Origin: Eledone cirrhosa
Taxonomy: Eukaryota
Assembly (NCBI GenBank): GCA_964016885.1
Contig: OZ024746.1
Span: 102,052,001-102,116,000, forward strand
Reading direction: 5' to 3'
DNA length: 64,000 nucleotides
Below the pieces are notes generated by a model. The model was not told the origin of the DNA. It did no database searches and was given only the letters and a program-made list of their open reading frames with translations. The translations under genes and the position numbers were made by a program. Positions 34,777 through 47,464 of the stretch are shown here, piece after piece (within the stretch, counting starts at the first letter, position 1; each line of letters opens with the position of its first letter).

Positions 34777-35214
34777 GGAATTCCATACAGCTGATAATTC
34801 TAAATTCCAGTTGATTTCATGGCAATTATCTGTGACCAACGTGGTATTATATCGACTGTAATTATTAATGGTTCTTCAGTGGGTAGCGGCCCCTTGAAAG
34901 CTACCACGTCGTTTCTTCCGCATGTTTATTATGGTATGTTGTAAGGTCCAACTAGCTCAGACGGTTCTAGTTGTTGTTTACCTCCACCCAGGTCAGTTCA
35001 GCTCGAACAGAACTGTAATCACAGACATTCCAATCGTAACCATACGTGTTTTTCGTGTGTATAAAGAAGCCAAGGCCACAATCTGACGTGTTTTTTTCTA
35101 AGAAGGTAGTGTAGCAATTGGGGGATTTGGCTGCTAATTTTAGCCGGTAAATGAACAGATTTACTTCATCTTTTGTTAGATATTAATTAATAGAGTTACC
35201 ATTCTATGATGGTT

Positions 35215-35360
35215 TGATAACATCCATGATCTTGGCTGGTCTCGCTTGGGGATCCAGCCGGATCAGTTGGAGACTGTTGCTTCTGACAGGATTCAATGGA
35301 AGGGATGTTTGAGGATTTTGTCCTCACGACCCTCTCAGGAATAGGTGGCCGAAGAAGAAA
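35215..35360 (+). mobile_element. RTE (Rex3-like) 3'-end fragment
   Basis: Similar to 24720-24795 and to the reverse complement of 35772-35875. Confidence 0.6.
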
Positions 35361-35575
35361 AATAACATTGGTTGAGCAATTAAGATTATTGCTATGTCAT
35401 ACAGACACTGTAATCGCCAATTTTCTTTAAATCAAATCGAGGTTTTGAAACTAGTAAGATTCGTGTGCAGTTTTTCCTTTAACTTTATACCATGAATCAA
35501 AACAATGGAACAAATAACAATTTTAATTCACTATAGTCATATTGCCAACATTTATTGAATTTAGTTGTTTAATTA

Positions 35576-35726
35576 CTGTAGACCTCCGTGTATAATTTAC
35601 AACTTTTGATAAGAAAAATGTCTGAAAAAACCTATTTTTGGTGTATAACATTAATTATGGTGTATACCACCCCCACCCCCCAGCAAACAAGGAAATAAAA
35701 AGCGTGGTTTACACGGAAGACTATGG
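35576..35726. mobile_element. Tc1/mariner (Tc2/pogo-like) MITE
   Basis: TA flanks; imperfect TIRs CTGTAGACCTCCGTGTA / TACACGGAAGACTATGG. Confidence 0.55.
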
Positions 35727-35771
35727 TAATAGCGTTTAAATATGGTACTTTAGGTTTAAAACGGACAGAGT

Positions 35772-36560
35772 CGTCAAACATTCCTTACAGTGGGTCCTGT
35801 CAGAAACAACCGTCTCCAACTGATCTGGCTGGAACCCCAAGCGAGACCAGCCAAGCTCATGGATGTTCTCCAACCACGTGCCCATAGAGCTGTGATCTCT
35901 CAATTCAGAGAAGCAGTGGCTCTACCTGGAGCAACTCCCTGATCTCCAAGCTATTACCTAATGTTACTCCAAAGGCCCTTCGGAGGAACCTCATTTTGGT
36001 CATTACTCAAGATTCATGACCATAGGTAAAGATAGGCATGAACACTGAATTGAAGATTGTGAGTTTGGCTTTTACACCCACCTACCTTCTAGTGCTGAAA
36101 CTGGCAGATTACTGCACCAGCTTCTGCAATTCTTGCACTTAATTCAACCTCCAGCCTTTCATCATTCATAAAAATGACCCTGAGATACTTGAACATCTCC
36201 ACTTGCTTCAGTGGAACCCATTCAAATGTAGAGTGCACTGCACAAGCTTTCTTGAGATGATGAGCATCTCAGTCTTCTTAGCACTGATTTTCATTCCTGC
36301 TGTGATGTACTCAGCAACAAACCTATTTAGTGCATGTTGGAGATCACCTTCTGATGAGTTATGTAATACTATGAGATCTGTAAATTTCAGCCAACTGATC
36401 CTACACCTGCCAGTCTTGATATGCCTTCCAGTGCGGCTGCATATGTCAATCCTATTCAAGAAAATTATGAACAGGAGGGATGATAATACACACCCTTGGT
36501 GGAGTCCGACTCCCACATTAAATGGTCTTGACTTATCACCATTTATCCAAACAAATACTA
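35772..36560 (-). mobile_element. Degenerate RTE (Rex3/Expander-like) LINE fragment
   Basis: ORF 36208-36516: GVGLHQGCVLSSLLF..GMKISAKKTE. Confidence 0.8.
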
Positions 36561-36662
36561 GGGTATTTCTACCAGGACTTCAAGGTAACAAATACTAAGG
36601 TATTTGTATCAGGACTTCAAGGTAACAAATATGCAGTTGGATAATAAAAGTAATGTAATTAG

Positions 36663-38497
36663 TTTAAGTGTGACATGTAATAGAGGTTTTTAATAAAAGC
36701 TTTTATTAACAGTAAATTACACAGCTCGTTCCTTGTACTGTTTTGTTCTGCTGACTGGTGACACCCTTCCTTGATGGCTGCCTCGTCATTCTTCCTCGCC
36801 TCATGATCTCCACGAGACTTACCCTCCAAGAGTTCACTTAATACTAATTAGCAACTATCACATTATTCCTCCTTGAAATGTTTTGACTTTTACATCCTGT
36901 CGCAATTCTTGCACTTCACCTCAATTGTGGACTTAATGAAATTAATGTATTTGATTTTTGACGGCTAACATTGCCGACAAAAGGTTGTTCTCATCCTTCT
37001 ATAACTCCAGTGTTGCGTCTAACTTGTGGACTTGATATGTTCGTTTGTCAAAGACCCGCACCGTCACTGTTAGGCATCCTTGCAGAATCAGTGTGAACCT
37101 CTACGCTAGGTGTTATCCTTAAATCACTCAATTCTGGTTCAACTGCTACTAACTTAAGTGGGTGAGCCCCTCCTTAATCCATGCCATATTTATTCCAGCA
37201 TGTACTACATATTTTGGATTCAACCCTATCTAATGTGGTCTTGTACATTACATCCTCACCTATTTTGAAGAATGGGTTTACACCAACCCTCAGTTGTCTT
37301 TTCATCAGCTTTTCAGCAGGTGATAACTTACAACCACCCGAGGCACTTCGATGGTTAAATAGAATTTTGTTCTAGTAATTGACAAAACTCCCCGTCTTAG
37401 GATCAAAATGCTTCAACACAGATTTCACAGTTTTTATGGCCCTTTCAGCAGTGGCGTTAGATGCAGGATTTAAGAAGGTGTCTCTATCTTTCTGCAGCCC
37501 AGTGATAACAACATACTTTTCAATGCAATGGATTCAGGCCTGTTGTCTGATACTAAGGCAGTGGGTACTCCAAAACAAGAGAAGACCTCAAGTATCTTGC
37601 TTTTTACCACCCCAGTTGTATGATTAGGACACACAAATGCTTCAATCCACGTTGAATAAGCATCTACAATGATTAGAATGTTGCTGATGTTTGGAACACA
37701 TGCCCAATCCATGTGAAATAGGCCATGAATCATTTGCCTTTACTAGATTTGGCCTAATCTCTGGCAACTGTCACAAGATTTGACAAACTTCTCCATAGAG
37801 TAAGCCAACCCAGGCCACCAAATAATTATTTGCTGAATGATCATGTGCTTGTCGTGTATTTTAGCTAATACTGAGGCTCTATAAGGTGCTAGAATAAATG
37901 GATGATTCTTATGATATATCAAGCTATTTTCACTGGTTAGAAACTCCTTCTCTTTAATGAATTCTGTTGTAAAATCCTTTCCTTTATTTTGTTGTCTAAT
38001 GCATTCACATTTATGTGTTCTGCCACGCACTGTCGCATTCGTCCAAATGTGAAGCAAAGAAAATTATATTGCTGTCATTGTTCTCACTATACCTTAAGTG
38101 TGAGAGGGCATCGAAATGTGGAATGCTTTTACCCGGGACGTGCCTTACGATAAAATCATACTGTGATAGAATCAAGCTCCATCAGGCTATTTTCTGTGAA
38201 GCTCGTCGAGGTACATCCAAATCCTTTGTGAAGAGTGTTTTTAAGGTTGGTAATCCGTTTCCAAACAATTGCTTTCCCAGAAGGAAATGCTGCAGTCTAT
38301 CCACGCGCCATACTACTGCATAGTCCTCTCTCTCTATGTTTGACTAATTCCATTGTGAATGGGTAAAGGTGTGGCTTATGAAAACTACTGGTTCCTTGTA
38401 CTGTTTTGCTCTGTTGACCGATGACACCCTTTCTCAATGGCTGCCTCATTGTTCTTAGCAGACGATGACACCAAGATACTAATTAGCAACTATCACA
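36663..38497 (-). mobile_element. Internally deleted Gypsy LTR retrotransposon: partial 5'LTR 38391-38497, RNaseH/integrase remnants, PPT, 3'LTR ~36663-36862
   Basis: Direct repeats ending ATACTAATTAGCAACTATCACA; purine tract next to the LTR; integrase zinc-finger remnant (H..WWPG..CDSC) and core (VDAYSTWIEA..FGVPTALVSDN); candidate ATTAG target duplication. Confidence 0.85.
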
Positions 38498-40189
38498 ATT
38501 AGTGCAAATTTTGTATACTTTCACTTTCTCAAAATGGTTTTAATTTAAATAATAAGCAGGTCTGAGCTGTGTACTTTTTAAAATAAATTTTGTTAAAATC
38601 TTTGAGTGATCCCCAAAATCTATGTATCAATAAGAACAATGGTTGTAAACTGTAGAAAAGCTGCCAAAGAAAGGGGCAGTAAGACTCTTCAGATATAATA
38701 ACTTCCCTAGTGTTAGTAGCACCATAAAATGTACATGTTAGGGCATGGGATCATATGTTGGGCCTCTGCCATCCTGGAGATCAGAGACTCTTCTTGAATA
38801 CTGGCCTGTCTGTGACAACATGTCCAACTCTTGCTAGCAGGGAAAATGGATATTAATAATGAGAATCATGATGCTAAACTATTTAATCTGTCTTGCACCA
38901 AAAATACATTTTCCCTTTTTTATAATTGTGGTTTGTGAGCCCATTCTTACCCAATATCTTGAAACACTGATTTGGTTGTCATGTCACATTCCACAGACTA
39001 TAATATCATTTGGTTGTCATGTCACATTCCTCAGACTATAATATCATTTGCAATATTATGTAAAGTTCAGATTTGAAAAGACTGCTAATGGTTTTCTGAA
39101 ATTCTTCAAATGATGAGGAAATACCTTGAATTATTCTATACTCTGCTTGAGGAAGCAACTTTTATGCAATACAGTAATGGATCTAATTCTACTTATTGAT
39201 AGTCCATATTAAGATCCAATTTTGAACAGAAGTGTTAGGCGTTGCCTTCTTTGTATATGTCCCTACATAATAACACTACAGCCAATGCAGAAATGTTGTG
39301 GAGCTATTCTTTATATGAACCGGTCTCATAGGTTATATTACTGGTTTTATAGCATGTATAATTAATAAATTCAAAGTAACCTCTTTTAAATCACTGACAT
39401 CTTTGAATAATTCTTTAGAGTTTATTAAATCATTTTTTGCAGTTGAGAAAGTATAAATGTAGTTTATTTAAATCAAGCCATATAAAAAGGCTGATTTACA
39501 ATCCAATAAACTGCTACCAATCATAGATTTGGTAAGAAATATTCTATGAATATGGTGAATTGAATGAATTTTTATGTGTGATCTGAATAATTTTAATTGA
39601 AGTTAGATGTGCAGTTAAGCCATCTCAGCTTTAAATGAAATTGATTGTTGTTTCAGAATCAATAATAAACGACGTGAGTAATCAACTTTTGTTTGTTGTT
39701 TTAGTTGATTACAACCATTAGTTGTCTGAAATAGAACTCATTAGTAACAGTGCTTATCCATGTAACTTATTGTTCTTCAATTGGTGTCCATAGAAGTGTT
39801 AAGTTTGAGAAGCATTGGTTTGCTAGATTTTCATATACTTGTAAAATGGCATCCTTCTGCCAGTCACTTCTGAAACCACCTACATAACTTATAGTTGAAG
39901 TTTGCCTAATGTAATTAATATTATTTTCCCTGTAAGTAAAAGCTTTATTTCCTTCCATGTGGCTTAGTGTTCAACAAAATGACATGTCTACACCAATACT
40001 CAATCCAATCCTATTCAATCAATGGCCTTCTCACTCCTGTTGGAGGAACCGCTCCCCTCACTCCTGTTGGAGGACCCCTCCCCCCTTAGTTGACCTCCAA
40101 GACCTTCTCATTCCTGTTGGATGACTACAACAGTTTTATTCACAAAGTTTGTCTCCTCAATAAATCAATCTATTCTACTATCAGTATCA

Positions 40190-40370
40190 TCTATATTACT
40201 AAAACAGAGAATGTCTGTCTGTTTGTCTGTCCAATCACTAAAACTCGAGAACCACCCAACCGAGTTTTTTTCAAACTTTACACATGGTCCCGTGAGTGTT
40301 TTGAGCAAAAACAATTGCAAATTTTCAATGCCCTAGGGACCGCATTAGGCGATTTAGCAATCTCTCTCTA
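40190..40370 (+). mobile_element. Helitron-like non-autonomous element, 5' part
   Basis: A|TCTATATTACTAAAA followed by (GTCT)n, typical of non-autonomous Helitron 5' ends; a similar start occurs at ~48500. Confidence 0.45.
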
Positions 40371-40641
40371 TATAATTCTTAGTCTTTCTCTTTTTAGATA
40401 GATACATAGATATAACGTTGTGCCTTCATAATACCTGTCTGTATGCCTGACTGTCTGCATTACGTCATTATGACGTGATCAGTGTGTGTGTGTATATATG
40501 TATATATAGTGTGTATATATATATATTCTTATGCCAGGGAACGTCTTCACGAGCCAAAGTATCGTCTTCCTGTTTTCTGCAACGTTTTTCGAAATATTTA
40601 CATCTGCGTTCACAGATTGATTGGGTTAGATAGGCTCTCAT

Positions 40642-40838
40642 GTTTTGAGGTCAGCTAGGTCAGATGACCACATGTAGCTCAGACAATCAGTTTTGAGGCC
40701 AGCTAGGTCAGATGACCACATGTTGCTCAGACAATTAGTTTTGAGGCCAGCTAGGTCAGATGACCACATGTTGCTCAGACAATCAGTTTTGATACCATCT
40801 AAGTCAGATGACCACGTATTGCTTAGATAATCAGTTTT
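40642..40838. repeat. 48-bp tandem repeat x4
   Basis: GTTTTGAGGCCAGCTAGGTCAGATGACCACATGTTGCTCAGACAATCA units. Confidence 0.9.
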
Positions 40839-42041
40839 GTGGACAGGGAGCATTTTTCAAGGCACATGCACTACCATCTTACAGGGTGGACTGGGTGCTT
40901 GTTGTCAAGGCACCAACACTACCACCTTACCAGGTAGACTGGTTGCTTTTTATTGTGACACCAACATGACCACCTTACAGAGAGGACTGGGGGCTTATTT
41001 GTTGTGACACCAACACTACCACTCTACAGTGGCTGTAGTGTATTTTATTATGGCCAGTTCCAGAAAGAGGAAAGCCAGATTTGTCCTAAGTAGTATTTTG
41101 AATTGAAGAGTGGGGAAACTAAATACTGTATTGTATATAGGTAAATAAAACAGTTATTGCTCCAATCAGTCTCACTAAACACCAACCTGTACCCATGACT
41201 CCTGCTACACCGTACTCCCCCACCAAGGTCGGCAAATCAAACACGGACCACCTCTCTTCCAAGGCATCCATAGCCTGACAGCAACAGCCACCATCATTTC
41301 TGGTAGTTCAATAGTAATTTCTAACATAGGTACAAAACTTGAGTTTCGGGGAGAGGTGGGGTTGGGCATATAATCAGTTATATCTCCTCTAGTACTTGAC
41401 TGTTATCATAACGACTGTAGAAGGATGAAAGGTAAAAGTGATTTTGGCAGGATTTGAAATCAAAGTGTAAAGGATTGTAACTAAATAGCTCAAAACATTT
41501 TGTCTGACGCTCTAACGATTCTGCCACATCACCAATCTTGGAACATGATAAGTTCCGTAAAGAATTATTAAACATCTGGATTAAAAAAAACACACTTAAA
41601 ACTCATAATTATGCTTTTCAAAAATAGAAGTTTACTCGTCTTTTGTTTTTGTAATATAAACAAATCTAACGATTTAAATTGAGTTAGTTAATTATAATTC
41701 TAAGAGTTCAAATAATGACGTTTTTCCCTCGTTGCTCAGCCTTTTTAAACTTCTCTCCCGGATAAGCTTAATTTGTCATGTGTTATGAAACAATCGTCTC
41801 ATGATTCTGAGTCAGCTGCACAATTCTGGGTCGTCGTCTGACCTGTAAACAAACACTAACCGATTATTAAGATTGTTATACGTAACAAACCTGTTTAATA
41901 AAACAACAACATCAGGTGTTGTTTAGTCCCAGCTCGAATCAAACATTTCATTAGACTTCAGGACATGATTTAACACATTAGTTTCAGTCAATGTTTATAA
42001 ACAGAACTGCATTTTTTTAAAAGATGGTAAATTGTGTGTGA

Positions 42042-42082
<41 letters not shown>

Positions 42083-42084
<2 letters not shown>

Positions 42085-42513
42085 GGTTTGTTGGTTTACC
42101 ACTGTTCATTCCATATTGTAATATTATGGAGAGCACTCGACGTAATGCAACTCATCCGTCTTCGTTTGTGTTGGTGCGAGTACGGAGTTAATTATTTAAT
42201 TATTATAAAATAACAGGAGGCTGGGCTGGTGTACTTCCTTGAAAGGTTTATTATACTATGATCATTTCAATGACCGGGTTCAGTATGAATTCAGTGACAT
42301 CACCAGGGATAGTAGAGGTTGCTAAATGTTCGGTCGCCCTCAGGTCTCTGATTTTCAGCCCCATGGATTTTGTCAATTATATTCCTTTGTTATATTTCAA
42401 ATACCTGATGATGTCACCGAATTCATACTGAACCCGGTCATTGAAATGATCATAGTATAATAAACCTTTCAAGGAAGTACACCAGTCCAGACTCCTGTTA
42501 TTTTATAATAATT
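42083..42513. mobile_element. Penelope-like inverted terminal-repeat structure (arms 42198-42307 and 42404-42513) containing a hammerhead-like motif
   Basis: ~110-bp near-perfect inverted arms; ATAC-CTGATGA...GAAA-TGATCA-TA-GTAT followed by AATAAA. Confidence 0.65.
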
Positions 42514-42680
42514 GTTTCTACTTTTGGCTCAGTGTATTACTGGTACTTTATTTTATCGACCCTGTAAGGATGAAAGGCAAAGTTAACCTTGGCGGGATTT
42601 GAACTCAGTCCGTAAAGGGACGTAACTGTGTTGCAAAGCATGGCGTCCGACTCTCTACAGATACTGCCAATCCATCGCCC
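42514..42680 (-). mobile_element. tRNA-derived SINE, family 2 (GCCTTTCATCCTTACGGGGTCGATAAAATAAAGTACCAG body)
   Basis: B box GAGTTCAAATCC on the minus strand; many copies in the window. Confidence 0.85.
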
Positions 42681-42916
42681 TAAAATAATAATAATATATA
42701 TACTAGACATGAAAAATGCGCAAGCTCAAAAGAGCCACAGAATGTTATAATAAACCTTCAAAAGTGTGGGACTAGAGTTGTTATTCAAAAATATTGTAAT
42801 CATTATCTATCGTACATTCCGCTTTCTAGCATAGTTACGTCCCTTTACAGTCATATATTCACATTTAGAATACATCATTGAACAGTACTTTGAATTGCAT
42901 CAGCCATTGACCATTA

Positions 42917-43106
42917 TGTGGATTGGCAGAATCGGTAGAGAGTCGGACGCCATGCTTTCCAGCATAGTTACGTCCCTTTGCGGTCTGAGTTCAAATTCCG
43001 CTGAGGTTAACTTTGCCTTTCATCCTTACGGGGTCAATTAAATAAAGTACCAGTAATACACTAGGATAATTGCTGGTCTTGTGCCTAAAAGTAGAAACAA
43101 TTATTA
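42917..43106 (+). mobile_element. tRNA-derived SINE, family 2
   Basis: TGGCAGAATCGG A box, GAGTTCAAATTCC B box. Confidence 0.85.
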
Positions 43107-43381
43107 TCATAGTAACAAAATAATTGTGTTGAAAATGAATATGATGCTTATATGAACGATCAAATCTATAATGATATTTTCATCGAACTATAACATTAAC
43201 AATCGTATTGTATCATCAAATTTTTATCACTGCAAACTTTCATATTAAGCCATTTATCATTACTTCGCTTTCGTACTTTTACAGATGTAGATATTCGGCT
43301 GTATCTTATATCTAATATCATGGTAATTTGTATGCAGCGTAAAATAGGTTTATTAATAACTTTAATATGAAATGTATTAAA

Positions 43382-43469
43382 CAGGGCTGCGGAGTCGGCC
43401 AAAAATTGACTGGCTCCAACTCCGGATCCGATACTCCATTATTTCCTAAATTTCGGCTCCGCAGCCCTG
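43382..43469. mobile_element. hAT-like MITE
   Basis: TIRs CAGGGCTGCGGAGTCG / CGGCTCCGCAGCCCTG. Confidence 0.65.
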
Positions 43470-43751
43470 TTATTATATTAATTTATTTTATAGTTGTAAA
43501 TCATATTTTTATATGTTACACTCTAAGAATGAACTAAGTGAAATAGTGTAAAAAGAAAGGCATGGTTGGTTTAAGCTAATGTCCAATATCTCATTAGATG
43601 TTTAGTAATGATTAATACGAAATGCACTTAAACCGAATTCTATATTATAAATTCACTTAATTAATTATCGTGTCGTCTTGAGTTCCTTATGAGTCTCTTT
43701 TTTATAAAAGGATGCTACAGATTTTATAAAAAAGAGACTATGAGTATATGA

Positions 43752-43932
43752 TAATTGTTTCTACGTTAGGCACAAGGCCAGCAAGTACCCAGTGTATTAC
43801 TGGTACTTTATTTTATCGACCCCGTAAGGATGAAAGGCAAAGTTAACCTCGGCGGGATTTGAACTCAGAATGGCAAGGGCCGTAACTCTATGCGTCAAAG
43901 CATGGCATCCGACACTCTACCAATCCACCGCC
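43752..43932 (-). mobile_element. tRNA-derived SINE, family 2
   Basis: Same body as 42514-42680. Confidence 0.85.
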
Positions 43933-44123
43933 TATATGATAATGAGTATATGATAATAATATTACGTAATTATTTATAGCTGTTATTACATTAAACATAG
44001 ATGTATTTATTGTGATAATTTTTATAAAGGATGCCACAGAATGTACGATAGATAATGATTACAATATTTTTGAGTAACAACTATATATATCTATATCTAT
44101 ATATATCTATATCTATATATATC

Positions 44124-44468
44124 TCATCATCATCATCATCATCATTTTACGTCCGCTTTTCCCTGCTTGCAAGGGTGGGATGGGAACTGATTCTGGCTTG
44201 ATTTCTACAGCTGAATGCCCTTCCTAACACCAACCTCATTTTACAGTGAGTGCTGGGTGCTTTTTTGCCGTGGCACCTCCACGATCACTTTGCAAGTAGA
44301 ATGATATGGATCCCAGTCCCTATCATCTCATTTCTACAGCTGAGTAAACTGGAGCAATGTGAAATAAAGTGTCTTGCTCAAGGAAACAACACATCGCCCG
44401 GTCTGAGATTTGAACTCACAACCTTTCGATTGCAAGGCCAATGCTCTAACCACTAAGCCATGTGCCTA
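44124..44468 (-). mobile_element. Full-length CORE-like SINE with RTE-related 3' half and (GAT)n tail
   Basis: tRNA head, CORE-like box, then sequence matching the RTE 3'UTR at 12940-13080 and the RTE tail at 21946-21990. Confidence 0.88.
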
Positions 44469-44517
44469 CATATATCTATATATATATATATATATCTATA
44501 TCTATATATATCTATAT

Positions 44518-45700
44518 TCCTGTGTAGGAAAGGAGTAGGCAGAAACTCCATTTTATGTCCCAAATGCAAAGTATGGGTGCATAAAAGATGTAGTGGGATC
44601 ACAGGTAAGCTAACTAAGAATATAGATTTTATATGTGGCCGGTGCTCTGGTGCAATAAGTAGCAGCAAGTGCCCACGATACTAGCTCATTCCATTGCACA
44701 GATGGTTCTATAGAAATAGTGGACACCTTCCGTTACCTGGGTGACAAAATCAGCAGTGGTGGAGGGTGCTAGAGTTACCTGGGTGACAAAATCAGCAGTG
44801 GTACAGTAGCTAGAGTCAGAACGGGATGGAAAAAGTTCAGAGAGCTTATACCACTATTGGTCGCTAAAGGGTTCTCTCTAAAAATGAAAGGCAGGCTGTA
44901 TGATGCCTGCATACGAACAGCAATGTTACATGGCAGTGAGACCTGGCATCGTGTGCAGAGGATATACGCAGACTGGAGAGGAATGAAGCTTGCATGCTCC
45001 GCTGGATGTGTAATAGTAATATACGTGAACAGCAAAGCATAAACGAACTAAGGGAGAAATTAGGAATAAGAGGGATCAGATGCTCTTTACTCGAGAGAAG
45101 ACTACGTTGGTACGGTCACGTGATGCGCATGAAAGACGACAGCTGTATAAAAAAGTGCAGGGCGATCAAAATAGACGGTAGCGATGGAGTAGGCAGACCC
45201 AGAAAAATGTGGGACGACTTGATAAATTCCGACCTCACACACACCTCTCCAAGACAATGTCACTGGACCGAGATCTTTGGCGCTACGCAGTAATACAGAA
45301 GACCCACCTTGCCTAAGTGCAAAGCGAAACCTACAGTAAGTAGGCACCTCTTACCAAAATACACCCCCGTCCCACTAACCCCACCCCATCCACACCACCC
45401 CCTTACGATGTAAAGTTATGTTGGTACCACAACATCCAGTCCTAAATAAATGAGGTCGTGTAGGTGTCACAACAAAAAAACACACAGTCCAAGCTGTAAT
45501 GTGGCTGTGTAGGTAACACGGTAAAAACCTCCCAGTCCACACTGTAAACATGGTTGGTGTTAGGAAGGGCATCCAGCCGTAGAAAACCCGCCAGACAGTC
45601 CTATACGAGCAAGACAACCAATCTTGCCTCAAGTGGGAAAATTCCCGTCCAAACCCATGCTAGCGTGGAAGATGGACGTTAAACGATGATGATGATGATA
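44518..45700 (+). mobile_element. RTE-clade LINE 3' fragment, paralog of 6021-7431
   Basis: High similarity to 6160-7431; (GAT)n tail; short internal duplication at 44732-44803. Confidence 0.92.
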
Positions 45701-45740
45701 TCTATCTATATATATATATCTATATATATATCTATATCTA

Positions 45741-45860
45741 GGAACGAGTAGGACCCCGACGGCTGAGCTCAAGCCGTTTCGACGGCTAATTCTGGACCAG
45801 TAGTATTGAGTACTTTGGTGCGTTATGGTCCACTTGGTTCCTTACCACATTTCCTTTGTT
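45741..45860 (-). mobile_element. Penelope-like fragment with hammerhead 3' half and an internal inversion
   Basis: Minus strand GAAAC-GGCTTGAGCTCAGCC-GTC; the adjacent segment is the reverse complement of 16524-16579. Confidence 0.55.
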
Positions 45861-45965
45861 ATATATATATATATAATCGATATGCAAATTAGGCTGCTCA
45901 GCCGTTAATATGCATAAGGAAAGTATATACTTTCAAACGTTCAATCATCTGACAGAAAGCTATAC

Positions 45966-46004
45966 GATGCTGACGATAGCTAATAAGCTTGAAACTAGTA
46001 CATC
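45966..46004 (+). ncRNA. Minimal type I hammerhead ribozyme motif
   Basis: Stem I GATG/CATC; CTGACGA (45970-45976); stem II AGCT-AATA-AGCT; GAAAC-TA-GTA. Confidence 0.78.
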
Positions 46005-46857
46005 ATTCCTGTGTCAGTGTTGAACAAAAAGGCGACGATGGTTGTCAAACACCGTACGGCGTAATTCGGGCTGTTTGTTTACAAACAAACCGAATATTAT
46101 AATAAATGTTCGGTAAACCCATACGTGCATATATATGTGTACATGTATGTATATATATACATACTACTATACGTCTGTATACATATATGTATGTACGTAT
46201 ACATACATACTTACATTTAAGTATCAGCCGTACTAAGAAGCGATACTCTGACCAACTCCATCTCACTCAACAAACATTAGGATATACCTAAGTATTTTCC
46301 CAATTTAGTGTTTGGGGTGCTAACTAATCAGTATTTTGTGGATAGCTGGTTGTATTATTTTATATGAGACATAATTAAATAAATATCTCTTTCCTTCCAG
46401 ACGATCATTTCGTTATAAGATTTCTACAATTTGGGATAGATAATGTCCATATATATATATATCACACGTATATATAAACAGGAATGACAACTTTTAAAAG
46501 AAAAAGTTTGGTGACTGTCGGAGAAAACTTCAACCCCTCCGAAAACTTTCATTTCAGACGTAAACAAAAGTGTGAGTGTGTTATACAAGGAGGACTTTAT
46601 GGACATTTGTGGTGTATTTAACATATAACTTCCTTTCTTATTTCACCAAGAAGTGTATGGTAGACGTACGGTAGAGTATTTACAGAGAATATAAAGTTAG
46701 GAATGAAGTGGTTAATTAGGTAAGTGAAGGCACTGAGAAGGATTATAGTAAAATAAACTATCATCTTTAGGACATTAAAGGAAGAATATATAAACATATC
46801 GAGGAGGACCAGGAGAAAGAGATAATTATTGTATACTGTAAAAACTTCACTTTTAAT

Positions 46858-47040
46858 AATTGTTTCTACTTTTGGCACAAGGCCAGCAATTATCCCAGTG
46901 TATTACTGGTACTTTATTTAATTGACCCCGTAAGGATGAAAGGCGAAGTTAACCTTGGCGGGATTTGAACTCAGATCGTAAAGGGACGTAACTCTTTGCT
47001 TGGCGTCCGACCCTCTACCGATACTGCCAATCCACTGCCC
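46858..47040 (-). mobile_element. tRNA-derived SINE, family 2
   Basis: Same body; TTTTAATAAT flanks both sides. Confidence 0.85.
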
Positions 47041-47324
47041 TTTTTAATAATGATTTCTAGTATAGGCACAAGGCCAGTAATTTGCGGTGTGGGGTAAATT
47101 TGATTAAATCAACCCCAGTACTGTAAAGTATGGTGTCTGACTCTCTACCGATACTGCCACCATACTTTTGATAATAATAATTGTTGTAAATAATGTAGAT
47201 GACATTTGGTTTATGAAATAACCAATAAGAGTTTAATGTAATTGATATTAGACATTATAATCAGTAATCTGAGACAGAAAAGAGGACACATTTAGCGGAG
47301 ATTTGAAAACTCTAACATTATTAT

Positions 47325-47464
47325 AGAGTCGGACGCCATGCTTTGCAGTAAAGAGTTACGGCTCTTTATGGTCTGAGTTCAAATCCCGCCGAGGTTAACT
47401 TTGCCTTTCATCCTTACGAGGTCGATAAAATAAAGTACTAGTAATGTACTGTTGGCCTTGTGCT
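47325..47464 (+). mobile_element. tRNA-derived SINE, family 2 (partial)
   Basis: Same body. Confidence 0.8.

Noticed and set aside
40638-40853. ORF with a 16-aa repeat
   Set aside because: Read-through of the 48-bp tandem repeat.
46559-46612. Candidate second exon of EEF1AKMT2
   Set aside because: Has an acceptor-like TTTCAG, but the translation lacks the expected WD..Y..EL..F...GD.GEIW motif and the donor is weak.
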